This document shows positions 22,801 to 35,724 of a DNA stretch of 64,000 nucleotides, piece by piece (the stretch's first letter is position 1; the number at the start of each line of letters is the position of its first letter). This stretch comes from Bilabrum cf. latius (taxonomy: Eukaryota), in the NCBI GenBank assembly GCA_965178125.1, contig OZ237742.1, positions 868,001 to 932,000 on the forward strand, written 5' to 3'. The translations under genes were made by a program, and so were the position numbers. Under the pieces are notes generated by a model, which saw nothing but the letters and a program-made list of their open reading frames with translations, was not told the DNA's origin and did not search any database.

Positions 22801-24567
22801 CGCTCCGCCGCCATGCGTTCCAGGCGACCTGGTTCCGCAAGCGGAGGCGCCGCACGCATGGATTCTTCCGGCTCCGGGACCCAGGACGCCAACCGCGAGT
22901 TTGCTGAGGCGATGCGGCGGGCCGTGCCTGCCTCGCCGGGCCAGCAGCAGCCCATGACGCCAGATGGGTCCAGGTCCAGCGCCAGGATCGCAGCCAAGCG
23001 ATCGGGAGGTGGCAAGCACTCGGACTCTGGGACCCGACGGGGCAGCACCGACCTCAGGAGCATACTGCCCGGCATGGGCAAGGAGGAGGAATAGGAAGGC
23101 GAGGACGACGTGCCCAAAGTCACTAGGAGCGCGCCCGCTTCTGCCTCGAAATGGGGCAACGGCGGCCACCGGGGCGGCGAGCAAGGTGCAATGCACGATG
23201 ATGCGCAGGAGCAGCCCGCCGGCCGTGCCCGCGCCGGGTCACTCAGCGGAAGGAAGCGCAACCCGCGCGGAGAGATCCGCGGTGACGTCAGCGGGCTTTC
23301 ACCGAGCTTGGTGGGGCCCGATCGCAAGGTCCTGCGGAGGAAGCGTCCCGGCGGCACGATAGACAAGGGGACTCACATACACACCGCCCGCACGCGTGCA
23401 ATCGAGGAGTCCAAGTCGAGGCTGCACGGTGGGGTCGGCGGCGGCAGAGGGGCGCTGGATACCACTAGTGCTGCCGCCGCGACCCACCTGCTCCCGCCGG
23501 GCGTGGCCGGGGTCAGCGGGGAGCCCGAGGAGAACAGCCAGCCCAGCCCGGCACTGGAGCAGGTGCTCGAGGCCGGCCGCTAGCTAGAAAATCTGATGCA
23601 GCAGGCCATGCAAGGCGGTGGTGGTGGGGCTGGCTTCCCGCCGTCTGGAACAGGCGGCTCCAGCAACCGTCGTGGCGGAGCAGACCGGCAGCAGCGCCGG
23701 CAGCAGCAGCAGGGCGATGGCGGGGACGAGGACGAGGACGAGGATGACTTGAACGTGCTCCCAAGCGCTGGGATCGGCGTGGCCACCGAGGCGGAGGAGG
23801 AAGCCAGGTACCACCAGTACGACGAGGACAGGACGCGGAAGGGCGCATCGGGTGCGGGGCAGCGAGGCCAGCGGCGCGGTGGCGTGCGGTTGAGGCCTGC
23901 CTCAGTGCCGCAGAGGTACTCGTCGGATTTCTCCATCGGTGACAGGCTTGCCTCGGGCTCCATGAACAGCGATGTGCTGCTGGACGGCGAGATTGGAGAC
24001 CTATCTGCGAGCTTCACCCACCTGTCCGTTGACTCCAAGGACGACGGCAGCGGCGGCGGTGGCATGGTTATTCCAGGCGGGGCCGGCTTGGAGGTTGTGG
24101 GCAGGCCACTCAAAGTGCAGCACGAGGATGCGGGTTAGGGTGATAGGGGGATTTCCGGCAGCAGCCGTTCCAGGCGACGCGGTGCAGGTGCAGAAGGAGG
24201 CAGCGCGGGCCGAAGGTCGGGCAAAGTACTAGAGCGGAAGGTCATCAGCGACATGGGTCCTCCTGGGCGTGCCCACGTCGTTGAGCAGGTGTCGTGGCGC
24301 GCGGGAGGGTCCACGCACACGGGAGAAGTCGTTAGTGAGGCGAGATCATTCGAGGACAAGCACGTGCTGGAAGGGCTCTTTCTGCAGGACCCCGAGGAGC
24401 AGAGAGCGGGCGCGGGTCTCGCAGGGATGGCACCTGCCGCTGCTACGGCTGACAGTGACGCGGATGGGACGGGCGGGCCGCACGGCGATTCAGGTGAGAT
24501 GAAGCGTGGCGGTTTACTGGGCATGAACATCAACGACTCGCTGGATAGCGGAGGTGCGTTCGTGTGA
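19808..24567 (+). CDS. Three-repeat MYB (R1R2R3) transcription factor, join(19808..20085,20305..20423,20570..24567), ~1464 aa; 8 TAG=Q
   Basis: R1 GRWTAAEDSALK*GVAKLGAKNWKAIS*NFLSG*RSDVQCLHRWQKVL; R2 LVKGPWTPEED...GKQTRERWFNHL; R3 KAPFTEEED...[25 protein letters not shown]. Two GT-AG introns; TGA at 24565-24567. Confidence 0.92.
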
Positions 24568-24712
24568 TGGCAATGAGTTTCGCGCCGTGTTGCTGAGCTA
24601 CATGCATGTTTTCGTGTTGATCCATGGCGAAGACGAAGCAATGTACCCATGTGTGGATACTTGTCCGCGGCACCCACTCACCTACGGAGAGTCGCCTGAA
24701 GCCCTTCACGCG

Positions 24713-27700
24713 TCACCCCTCCAGCTCGGCTCTGAGCAGGCTCTCCTTGTCGATCTCAGCCCCGCGAGCACCCGTCGAGCTGCCTGCCCCGCTGGAGGGC
24801 CCGTCCGAGAGGAGTGCCCTCTTGAGCCTCTGCTTGTCCTGGGCGACCTCGTCCATCCGCTGCTCGATCGTCTGCGCCATGCTCAGGCGGAACACGTGCA
24901 CTTGCTTGGTCTGCCCGATCCGGTGGCACCTGTCCTCGGCCTGCGCGTCGTTGTGGGGGTTCCAGTCCAGGTCGTTGATGATCAGGCAGCTTGCAGCCGT
25001 CAGGTTGAGACCCACTCCGCCCGCCTTGGTGCTGAGAAGGAAGACGCTGACCGTGTCGTCTACGGTGAAGCGGTCGATCAGCATCTGCCGGTCGCTTCCG
25101 TTGGTGGATCCGTCCAGCCGCAAGTGGCCCACCTTCATGCCGTCCAGCACGTCCTCATAGATCGAGAGGATCGACGTGAACTGGGAGAACACGAGCAGCT
25201 TTTCCTTGCGCTTGCCCAGCGTCTTGACGCAGCGGCGGAGGAAGCCCGCCTTGCAGGACTGCAGCAGGTACGGCTTGCTCATCTTGGATATGTCACGCAG
25301 CAAAGGCTCCGACTCGCAGATCTGGTGGAGGTCGTAGTCCTGCGAGAAACAGGCGCATTGATGAGGCAAGAGAGTACGGGCGAAGTCGAAGCGAAGAAAC
25401 ATTGTGAAATGGGCTCGGCTTGTTGGCACAGCAAGCTTCGCATTCGTCTCACGCTGTAGCCCAGCACTTCCTCTGCGATGTTGGCCAGGCGCTTGTCGCC
25501 GCGCGCCCACACCAGCAGCTCCTTGGATGTGGAAGGCGCCGGCAGAGTCTCTGAGACTCGCCTGTACCTCGGGGCCAGCTCCGGAATCATGTCGTACGGT
25601 ACTGAGAGCGAAGCAGCCGTTGGCATGAGGGGGCATCGAGGGTGGCTGTGGGAGCAACGGGGGTCAGCGACGCTCGCTGTTGGGCAGCTGGCAGGCGGAT
25701 CTCCCGCCGATGTGCGAGCCCGCTTTGCAGGGGCTTCCCCTCTCTCTTGGGAGGTGGATGCAGGTGCTTTCGCGTCGGAATCACCGTCGTGCATGGCCAT
25801 GGCCACCATCGCCTCCTGCTTCTTGAACATCGCGTCTTCGTTCATGGAGCCCGCTGCAGCCGATGCAGCCGACCTGCGGGGCCGATGGCCACCCTGCTGC
25901 TCCTATAGCACCGTTGAGGCTGCCGCGCTTGAGGACGAAGAGGAAGACGAGGCTACGCTCGAGGCAGGCTGGACACCATCCGCTACGATTCCCGTACCTG
26001 ACGTCCCTGCGCCGGAGCGGAAAGCCGCCTCGTTGTTGATGGCTCGCTGCACTTCGATCCAGTTTGAGAGCGCTGGTACGGCCTCGAACGGGTTGCGGTC
26101 AGCCACCGCCTTGCGAGCAGCCGCAGTTTTCATGGACTGTGCCAGCTCCTGGTGCCTGATGATGCGAGCGATCAGCAGGCAGGTCCAGTCAGGGAACAGC
26201 GCCCTGGCCAGCATGGGATGGTTAGCGATCTTGCGGAGATTCATGACCACGCTCATGCCTGCAGGTCCAAAGTTAGATCCCCCGCGATCCATGCCAAGGC
26301 CGCACGGCGACCTGAAATCGCGCAGTGCGACACCTCCAGAATAGCCGAACGGCTTGTCTGGCTTCTCAACCAGCCCGGGGATGGGAGCTGTGACCCCTGC
26401 GATGAACATGGGGTCCTGAAGAAGCTCTCTCTTGGCATAGCCGTCCGACTGCGCTGCTGCGATGTGGCAGTCCATGCCTTTTTCAGTGAGCATCTTGGTG
26501 CGGGCTGATAGGACCCTTGTGATGGCGTACATCCTCTGCTGGACGGGAATGCCGGGCAGCACCATGGACTTGAGGATCTTGGAGGGGAGCTGCGAGGCAG
26601 TGGAGATCGGCTGGGATGGGGAGCAGCAAGTCGTTCGTTGCGCGCAATGGAGGCATACAATGCGGTGATGCCAGTTCGACTATCAAGCCCAGACTTGCAT
26701 GCCTGAGGCCGGAATCATGCAATAGTACAATAGGCACGTGTGATTTGCCTCACCGTCGAGAGCACCATCTTCTTTGTCCGCCTGAGTATGAACGGCGAGA
26801 GCGTCTTGCGGATGCTGTCCACCACGGAAACCGCGTCGTCGTCTCCAATCGACGATGGCAGCTGCGCTTGCAGCGATGCAGCGGCGCCCGCGACGACGGG
26901 CGTCTGGTTAGCGAGCGCTGCAGCTGCCTCCCTCTTCTTCCTGGCAGCGAGCTCCAGCACGAATGCCTCGTTGAGCAGAGCCCACTCGCTGGCAGCCTGC
27001 TTGGCCTGCCCAGCCACCCCTGCATCGTCATCATCCCCGTCGCCTCTGTTGGACTGAAACATGGCACCCGAGGACAGCCTCACGAGATCTGCCAGGGTGA
27101 ACTGCAGGAGAGTGAGCACCTCCACCAGGTTGTTCTAGATCGGCGTGCCTGTGAGCAGCAGCCGCTGCCTAGAGTGCACCCCGGCGATGCGGCGATAGCG
27201 GCGCGTGGCCGCGTTCTTGAGACCGTGTGCCTCGTCAAGGACCATGTAGTCGAACTTTCCCACTTTGGCCTGGAGTGCGCGGAAGCTGCCGTCATCCTCG
27301 AGCTGAGAGTATGTGGTCAGGATGACGTCGGGAAGGTGTCCCCTACTGAGAGAAGAGATGAACTTCTGCTTGGTCTGCCGACTGCCCCTGTAGGTCTGCA
27401 GCAGCAGTGAAGGTGCCCACCTATCGAACTCTTTCTGCCAGTTGCCCAGCGTGCTCGTCGGCACGATGACCAGGTGAGTGCCAGAGGAGGCCATGTCCTC
27501 GTCGACGTGCTAGAACACGGAAATCGCACTGCCCACGGCAGATTGCATGGACGGGAAAATAGATTTGCGCACCATGGCGGCCTGCTCCTCCCTGCCATGA
27601 GGCGGGGATTGCTCCAGTTCGTCGGCGATGGCTGCGATCCTCCGCGCCTCTTCAAGCCCGGCCGGGCGCCAGAAATCGCGCCGCCCATCCATGGAAGGAT

Positions 27701-28385
27701 CTCGAAAGAAAGGGGGAGGTGGTTGATGATCGAACATGGGTGGGCTCTGTGAGCCCGATTCGCCTGCAGCAGCGCCAGTGGCGCTGCTCCTGCCTCTCTG
27801 AGCAGTTGCTTTGCCTGGAGGCGATGGAGCAAAACGCATCTTGATAGAGGCATGCTTTACGGCTGCCAGCAGGGCAATAGTCTAGCAAGTCTTTCCTAAC
27901 CCCTGTTCGTCGGCGAGAATCCCATTGATGTGCATTGCTCTCGAGTGGTACAGCCATTTCAAACCTGTCACCTGGTGCTCCCTCAGCGACAGTCTCTCTT
28001 CTCCCCCGAAAGAATCTGGCAAGTCTGGCATCCGAAGTCTGTCTCTTGATGATTTAATTCGGCTCGAAATAACATCTGCTGTTTCAAGAATTGCTCTGGC
28101 GTCCTTTCTGGCAAGCGCAAGCCTGCGCTGCCGCTCCGCGTCTTCGTCGTCCGAGTCGGAGCTGGACGCCGAATCCTCGAACTCTTGCTCTTCTTCTTCT
28201 TCTTTTATTTGCTTTGAAACTTTCTTTCGCGGAGCCTTGGACTTTGACCTCACCTTGATCACCCTATCTCCAGTGCTCGTCCATCCAGCGTCTGCTAGCG
28301 ATTTGGCACCTGCTTTCTCAAGGTTCGATCCACTTTTCTAGACCTCTTGCTTCTCAGCGGTAGAATCGCGCACAATAGCTTCCAT
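24713..28385 (-). CDS. SNF2-family chromatin-remodelling ATPase, SMARCAD1/Fun30-like; complement(join(24713..25339,25453..26589,26754..28385)); 5 TAG=Q; start codon tentative
   Basis: NGILADEQGLGKTC*TIA, LVIVPTSTLGNW, LDEAHGLKN, LLTGTPI*NNL, PFILRRTK, MNLRKIANHP, LVFSQFT, LRLDGST, FLLSTKAGGVGLNL, DWNPHNDAQAEDRCHRIGQ. Confidence 0.92.
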
Positions 28386-28547
28386 TGAGATGCAGTTATG
28401 ATGATTTATTTGACTGAGCGGGTCAAACTACGACAAAATACTGTGCGAGCAGCTGCGCGATTCTCGGCAAGGCGGTTGCAACCAGCCAAATCCACGGACG
28501 GGCCAAAATCAAGATTCGTTCGTTCGTTCGCAGGCAGATTCCCATGC

Positions 28548-31193
28548 TTATCCATGGACGTGTAGCACCGCCTCTACGTCGCTGCGGCAGACTGGACACG
28601 TAGTTGCCATGCTTGCAGCTAGTCGGTCCGCGCACCGCGGACACAGGCACAGATGCCCACACGGGACCGTTGCTACAGACCGCGGGGCACTCAGACACAC
28701 AACACAAGGAGACTACGCAGCCGACGCCGAGTTTGGCGATGCCGGTCGCGGACTTTCTAGGTCTGCGGCATCGTAGGACGTGCTGGGTTCGTCTCCAATG
28801 TACCTAGCGAACGGCCCGCCCGCCGTGCCCCTGCCAGCGGATTCAGCCGTCGACCCGGGTCTGACCGCAGCACCCTGCACTGCACCCACCCCTTCCGTCG
28901 CACTCGACCCCGCACCGGTTCTAACCTAAGGCTCAGTGCCCAGCCCCCTCTGCGATTCCCAGCAGAACTCCTGCAGCTTCCCCACCTCCTGTCGCAGCCT
29001 CGCGCACAGCAGGACGGCTTGCGACAGGGACACAGGCGTCTCTATCCTGCTAGGGGTATGACCCAATGCAAATGCCCCCGCGAGGGCTGCCCTGCCCATC
29101 ATCTCTCCGGTGGCACCTCCAGTGGTCGCGATCTCGCGCGCCCCTGCCGCGACCGCCCGCCGCAGCCGACGGGCGTGCTCGCTAGGGACCAGCTCAGTCA
29201 CGAGATCGTCCACGGCAAGCGAGGCATGCTGCCCAAACGAGACCGCCCGCCTGCGCACCATGTCCACGGCTTCCGCTCCCCGCGCAGCCAGAGCAACGGG
29301 GCTGCTGCACGCGGGCTACGATGCTGCCGCGGACGAGCTTGGAGCATCGATCGAAGGCTGGTTAGGCGCACAGACACTCGCAGGCCTCCTGCCAATACTC
29401 AATCGCGCTGGCAATGCAGCTCCGGACTGCTGTAGAGGGCTACTTTCGGCGAAATCGTCAGCGCTCTCAATCGCTGTACCTTCGTTCGATCTATCGCCTG
29501 CCGTGGCTGCAGCAGGCGCGCAAGGTGCACCGCTAGCCGAAACGCGCGTGCCCTCTCTGCTTCCGGGCCCCCTTGCTACCCAGTCCGAACGTTCGCCGGC
29601 TTGCGACCCAGTGCCCTGACCTGCAGCACTTCTAGGGCGCTCCTGATTTGCGCCCTAAGCCAGCCTAGCTCCGCTCGAGCAGTCGCTCGTACCGCTCTAC
29701 GCCCTGGATGCAGACCCACGCTCTGACATGGAAGGCCTGCCCGCCGATGGGCTTCGGACTTCGCTCGACGATCCCCCGACATGATCCGATCTCACGTCAT
29801 GATCCGATCTCGGGCCCCACCGTCCCTCAGCCCCTCGCACCTCAACCCCATTTCTCGCTCCGAGTCCGCGCCCCCTCCCCTGCAGCAGCCTCCGCAGCAC
29901 AGAGGCCTCATCGGCTCGCATGGCCGCCCTCGTCCCACGGATGGCACACACCGCCCTCTGCACCTCTTGCCTCAAGGCAGCCTCGGACTGAGCAAGCCGC
30001 AGATAGGACAGCACGAAGCGTGCAGCCACCACGGCTAGACCGACGTAGAAGAGCAGCAGCAGCAGGTGAGGGAGCGTCCAGTCCCTGAGCCAGCCAACCG
30101 CGGAGGCTCCAGCAAGGCACAGGAGCCAAGGGGCCGAGGCCCTGTGCTTCGCTAGCAATCGGAGCGTGACGAGTGTGGGGAACACGCGTGCTCGACTGAC
30201 GAATGCGGCGGAGAACACGCAGAGCCTCAGAGTGCTGGCAACTGTGACGAGTGATCCGACCGTCCGCGGGTGAGCGCACCCCGTGCGTGCCACCTGGCCA
30301 GCTGCACTCGTCACACTTAGGCAGCCCCCAGAGCCAGCATCGGTACTGTCATCTAAATGAACACCCTGCAACGAGTTGCTGCCGTTGGAATCGGCTGACT
30401 GTGGCGAGCCCGCGGCCTCCTGTCCATTGCTGACGCGCTGGTCGACCACTGTGCCCGCAATGGCGCCTGGCTGTGCGACCGCACCGGCGTGCTGAGCGGC
30501 AGATGATTCTACAGATTGATGCACCAGCCTTGCGAGTAGTACCAGCCCGTCGAGCGCGGCTCCAACCGCGACCACTCCAGCTGCCTCGCCGTCAAACCCG
30601 GTTGCGGCGCTCCACAGCAGCGCGAGCCATAGAAAGTGATCCCTTATTGATGCAGGGCTTGACGTGGGGTACCCTTCGCTATTGAAAAGTGCGATCGACT
30701 CGACTCCAGGTGCATCTCCACCTGAGCTCCTGGCTTGCTCAAAGTGTTTCTTTCTCAAAGCTTGGTCCATGCGAGTTTCTGCGCTGGACAGCACCAGGCA
30801 CACCAGAAGGGTTGGCAGCCATACCACGGCCGCCCAGTTGTTTGCCTCAGATACTTGCACAATATGGCCCGGCATCAAACCGCTCCCCCCGAGGACAACA
30901 GGTATGTCGTGCCACAGAGATCTCGCATAGTGCTGGACGAAGGAAGGGGACACGCCGACAAGCCATTTCAAAAAGTCCAGGGCTAGCGACTGGCCCGCTG
31001 AGCTGAAAAAGCTAATGCAAAGCAAGAGTCCCACGCATGAACTCATGGCTACTGCACGACAGACACGAAGAACGTTTCGAATTCTGTGCAAGCAGCCAGG
31101 GGTTCCCGAGGAAACCCCCAAATCCAGAAAACATGACCCATAGCTGCCAAAAATTAGGAGAAACAGTGATGTGATACCAACTAAACGTTGCAT
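28548..31193 (-). CDS. Multi-pass membrane protein with a C-terminal C3HC4 RING finger (putative E3 ligase), ~881 aa; 5 TAG=Q; ends at TAA
   Basis: Hydrophobic N-terminal segments. The frame continues through TAGs 29697, 29655, 29316, 28926, 28713 to CVVCLSAPRSVATVPCGHLCLCPRCADRLAASMATTCPVCRSDVEAVLHVHG-TAA. Confidence 0.85.
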
Positions 31194-31317
31194 TCGCTGA
31201 ATACGCGTATTTGTAGATCAGTTGCTGTTTGCACGCTTTCTACGGAACCAGCCTACCCACAGATTGCGCGGCGCCTCGTGTCCACTGGTCGGCGAACGGT
31301 CATCTTGTGTCGGCAAT

Positions 31318-32708
31318 ATGGCTGCCGTTGCGGATGGAGCAGCAGGATCCGATCCAGCAAAGGCTGAATTCAATCCGTTTGCTGGAAGGAGTCTTCGGAT
31401 AGCTCTCGGTCTAGATGGCTCAAAAATTGCAAAGCATGCTGCGGATGTTGTGCTCGCTCTTGTTGGCAACCATGCCGGTGACGACAAAGTTGACACCGTC
31501 ACAATCACAGATTCAACAAAAACATACCTTCCGTACGATATGAGGCCTTCAACGATTAGCGATTGGGCTGAAGTTCACTTTGTGTCGAGACTTGCCCGGA
31601 AATAGTACGAAATCAACTTGATCCCGAAGCGATCTGGAGAATCCACTAGGGATGCGTTGCTCAGAACAGTAAATTCAACTGATGACCCCGCTTTTGATTT
31701 GCTCTGTGTCGGAATGGTGGGCCGGAAAGGCCCGAAGGATGATGTTGCGGTGATGGGCTCAACCGCAGACGTTGCTCTGAGGGGCGCCAGGTGCGCAACA
31801 CTGATTGCAAAGTCAGCAAAGATTAAGGAAGGCAAGCCACATGTATTCATGATCTGCGTGGATGGCAGCAAGGCAGCGAAAAAGGCAGTAAACTTGGCCT
31901 GCGGAGTGGCAGGTCCCAAGGACACTGTCGTGATCGTTCACGCCGTCGATCGCAGCAGCCAACCAACGATAGGAAAGCCCTTCCGAGCTGCGGCTGTCAA
32001 GGCATCGTTTGCTACACTCGTTGAATCCGACGTGAGAGAGAGATAGTGCATGGTGGGATACATGCGGTATCATGACCCTGTTGCGACGCGTGCCTTTGCA
32101 CCAACCGTTGCGAGTCTTGCTTATCGCCAATGGCCCATGACGTGGCCAAGTCAGACAGAGAGAAAACAAGAGCTGCAAAAGCATGAATACCGCATGCAGT
32201 CTGCTGGATCGAGCTTGGTTCCAACTCACGCCCCCATGTAACCCCCCCATGCCAGCACACGTGCTTCGCTCCCTGCCTCACTCGCCCCCTCTCGCAGTCC
32301 CGCGTCAAGTACGAAGAGATCGACGACGACAATTCGGAGCCGATATCCGAGCTGCTGTCCGACCACGCCTACGACCTCGAGTGCGATTTCCTGGTCATGG
32401 GCGCGGACGGCATGGGCTCCTTCATCAGGGGCCAGGCGCACTTCGGGTCCGTCACGGAGGCTCTCATCGGGAAGGCCAGATGCCACGTGCTCGTCACCAA
32501 GGAGGAGGGGAAGAAGTATCCAATCAAGACCAGTAGCGAGTACCAGCTTGGGTTCATTGGCAGGGGCGTGGATCGCGTTGACACAGGGGGGGGCAGCGCA
32601 GGAGAGGCTGCAGTGGCCAAGGGAAAGGGACCGCCGGCCGGCGGCACGGCAGCAAGCGAGGATGCTGAAGGCGGCGATCCAGGGGCAAAAGAAGAAGGTG
32701 AAGACTGA
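31318..32708 (+). CDS. Tandem universal-stress-protein (USP) domain protein; join(31318..32031,32298..32708); TAG 31603=Q
   Basis: IALGLDGSKIA...LLCVGMVGRKG...MGSTADVALR; second domain MICVDGSKAA...DFLVMGADG...FGSVTEALIGKARCHVLV. GTGAG...CGCAG intron. Confidence 0.85.
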
Positions 32709-32967
32709 TGTGGGGAGCCTCTGCCAGCGACTTGCTTCTTGTTTGACTCTAGCTTGATCAAGGTTTTCGTTGCACACTGTAATTCATCGTAGCCGATTTC
32801 CCTGGCTTTGCGATTTCCCTGGTTTTCCCAGATCAAAACATTCCAATCAATAGCAATGAGCAATTAAAAGTCGTCCACAATAAGGAGAAGCAACAGCGAA
32901 CGCTGGCAGCCATGCCACCAGTACGTCGACCTCTGGAGCAGCTGCTCCGTCGCACCCGGGCTGCTGC

Positions 32968-35103
32968 TCACCGAAAGGTCTTGCCATTCTTGAGGTTAGG
33001 GCGGAGCAGCACAGAGATATCATGCACGGTCTCATTGGACTGCGTGTTCGTGTCCCCGGTGAACTCCGTTGGGATCGCGCTGACGCCCGTGTCTGCGAAT
33101 GCGTTCATCCGACCGTCCGTGAAGTACGCGCGCTTATACACTCCAGTGAAACTGCTCGGCTGGCTGAGCCTGTCCCAGACAGAGCGAGGCTTGTTGGCTT
33201 CCCCGGCAAGGGTGGGCGTGTAGTAGGGCGATCCGAACTTGGCGTGCGAGCGCCCGCGCGCAGACCGCGCCATCGCTGCGCGGCCCTCCTGACCCCTCCG
33301 CCTGGCCTGCGCAATCTGCGCGCTGGGATCGTACCGCATGGGCAGGGGCGCGTCTCGGAAGGACTACCCCCTGCGAATGGCGGGGTACAGGCCCTCTTTG
33401 GTCATGTGCACCGGCTGTGGGGCGCCATGAACGTCCGCTACCAGCGGGCCAGCCAGCGGGTGGTGATCGTGCCTGTACCCCGGCACGCCGCGCATTCCTA
33501 CTGCGGAACCGCCAGCGCCCCCCGTGCTGGTTGCCCCCTTGGAGTAGTCCACATCGATGTCATCGTAGTACCCCGTGCCGACAGGGGCACCCCCGGGGGT
33601 CTAACCGTACCCCAGCCCCTGGGGTGGACCCCCGTAGTGACCCCCCATCGTGGGGTCAACCCCGCTCGTCATGCGGAGGCCCCTGGGAGCCCCCATGGGA
33701 ACCGCAGCAGCAGTCGGCACCGCAGACACGCCAGCAGTGGGCAGCGATGGCCCACCTGCCCCGCCGCCTCCATGCCCTCCAGCACCAGCCGCAACTGGCC
33801 TCCTTGAGGCGGCAGGAGAGCCATAGGCCCCTGCATGGCCGGTGGTAGAGGCATCCGCCTCGAAGGCCGCCACTCGCGGGTCCATGTGACGAGTGACCCC
33901 AGGGGTGACCACCTTGCCGCCCCCAAGGGCACCTTGCGGCAAGGGGGGCGGGGGCACCCCGTGCCCGTAGCCCATGGGCCGCCTGGCCCCAGCACCGCCC
34001 CTCGTTGTTCCCTGAGAATGGGTCCTGTGCTCGGCCGCCTGCGCGCGCTCCGCACGGGCCATGTCTCGTCGGGCGGATCTGCCGGGGGAGAACAGGAGCT
34101 CCTTGCGTGTCTGTGCGCGGCGCCGCGCCGACGCCGGAACCGGAGGGTCGTGCAGCGTCGGGGAATGACCTAGGGTGGCACCTGCGCCGCGCACTGAGTC
34201 CAGCGCTGCGGAACCGTCAAACGCGCCGGGGGTCGGATCACCGCCAGCGCCACCGTACGACGCCATGGATCCACCCATGGACTGGGCGGGTCCTGGGCCG
34301 TACGCCGCGCCTCCACGCCCATGACCGTGCCCGTGATCGATCGCCGGCGATCGGCCGTACGAGAAACCACCGTCTCCGCCAGCGCCAGCGCCAGCATGAG
34401 GCCCAGCGTGTGGGTGTGCCCGGCCATCGCCCCTGTCGGTCTCCTTTCCACCCATTGAGTGACCATGACCGTCGCGGACAAATGCCCTGGGCCCAGCTTT
34501 AGAGTGGGTACTACCAGGCCGGGAGGCGTATGGTGCCCCTCCCATGTGACGAGTGGTCTGCGCGGCCTGCTGCCTCTTCGCCATTGCGGCTTGCACGCCC
34601 AGCGCTGGAGGGGCGTGAAAGACGTGGTGGGCGAGCAGCATCGAAAATGCGGTCGCGGGATCTTCATCCCTGTACTTAGCCGCAGCCATGGCACTGAGCG
34701 CGTCCAGGAACTGCGAATAGGAGAGCCTTCGCGCTCCCTTGGACTTGCACTTGGTGAAAATCAAGTCGATTTCCGTTCTGTCCAAGAACCCGTCGAGCAG
34801 GCCGGGACATTCCCTTGCGAACTTGGAGAAATTAACATTATCGATACTGTCCTCGCTCTCTCCTTTTCCGCCAGTCCGTCCGAACTTGCAGTAGTACTGG
34901 AACACCAGCTACAGCTGAGCATTCGCATCCAGTGGGAATACTGGCAGCTCAGACGATTCTACGGCAGATGGCTCGCCTCGACGGCCAGTTCTAGTACGTC
35001 TAGCTGCTGGACTAGACCTGCGATGACAGCATTCGAGGGGGCGGGCGTTCAAAGAGTGCTTCACCAGGCACTTGCAGTGGCGCGTACGGAAGCTCAGCTG
35101 CAT
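32968..35103 (-). CDS. p25alpha/TPPP-domain (microtubule-associated) protein; 3 TAG=Q; start uncertain
   Basis: [18 protein letters not shown]...[27 protein letters not shown] (p25alpha) and C-terminal [17 protein letters not shown]. Frame joined across TAGs 34909, 33601, 33364; TGA at 32968. Confidence 0.8.
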
Positions 35104-35724
35104 TGAAGCAGCAGCGACGCGCCTCACTAGGCAGACTTGTTGAAATGGGGTCTTGTTATATGTGAAATGTCTCTAATCACTTCGTCGGTCCCTTCGTTCG
35201 GGTATCCACGGAAACTTGACACGCCGTGCCTGCGCCAAGCAAAGTTGCAGTTGAGCAAAGTACCAAACATTGAAGCAGAAGAGCATCGCACTGGCAGATG
35301 AGGAGTTGCATGTTACGGAAGAAATACACCATGCGTTCAGTCAAGTATGGCTTTTGTTCCCAGGGGCAGCTCAACTCACATACTTGCACGGGCTTCGCCA
35401 GTCGAGGCATTGATACCCGGCCCTGATCTGAATCGCTCTGCATACACGCCAGTGTATGAATTAACATCGTAAAGCCGGTCAAATACGGAGCCACTAGCGG
35501 CAGACATAGCTTTTGGCAGCAGTCAATGTCGTCGAGCACCTGCGCCGACTCACATGTCGGTTCGCTCTTATTCAATATTTTCGGTCTCAAAATACACGCT
35601 ACAATCATCTTCCCGTTCGTTGATGATTCAAGTTCAAGGGACCACAACAGCTCAACTTGACCGCTTGTTCTCGTGCTTGGATAGTATTATAATAGCATAC
35701 TTGGTTTAAGCAAGTTGACCAAGG

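Noticed and set aside
24554-25459. Long antisense or alternative-frame ORFs (e.g. 24554..25459, 46059..46970, 55167..55925)
   Set aside because: These are shadow ORFs opposite well-supported genes, as expected in GC-rich coding DNA.
35177-35647. 156-aa minus-strand ORF between the TPPP-like and giant genes
   Set aside because: Non-ATG start, AT-richer composition and no recognisable motif; insufficient support.
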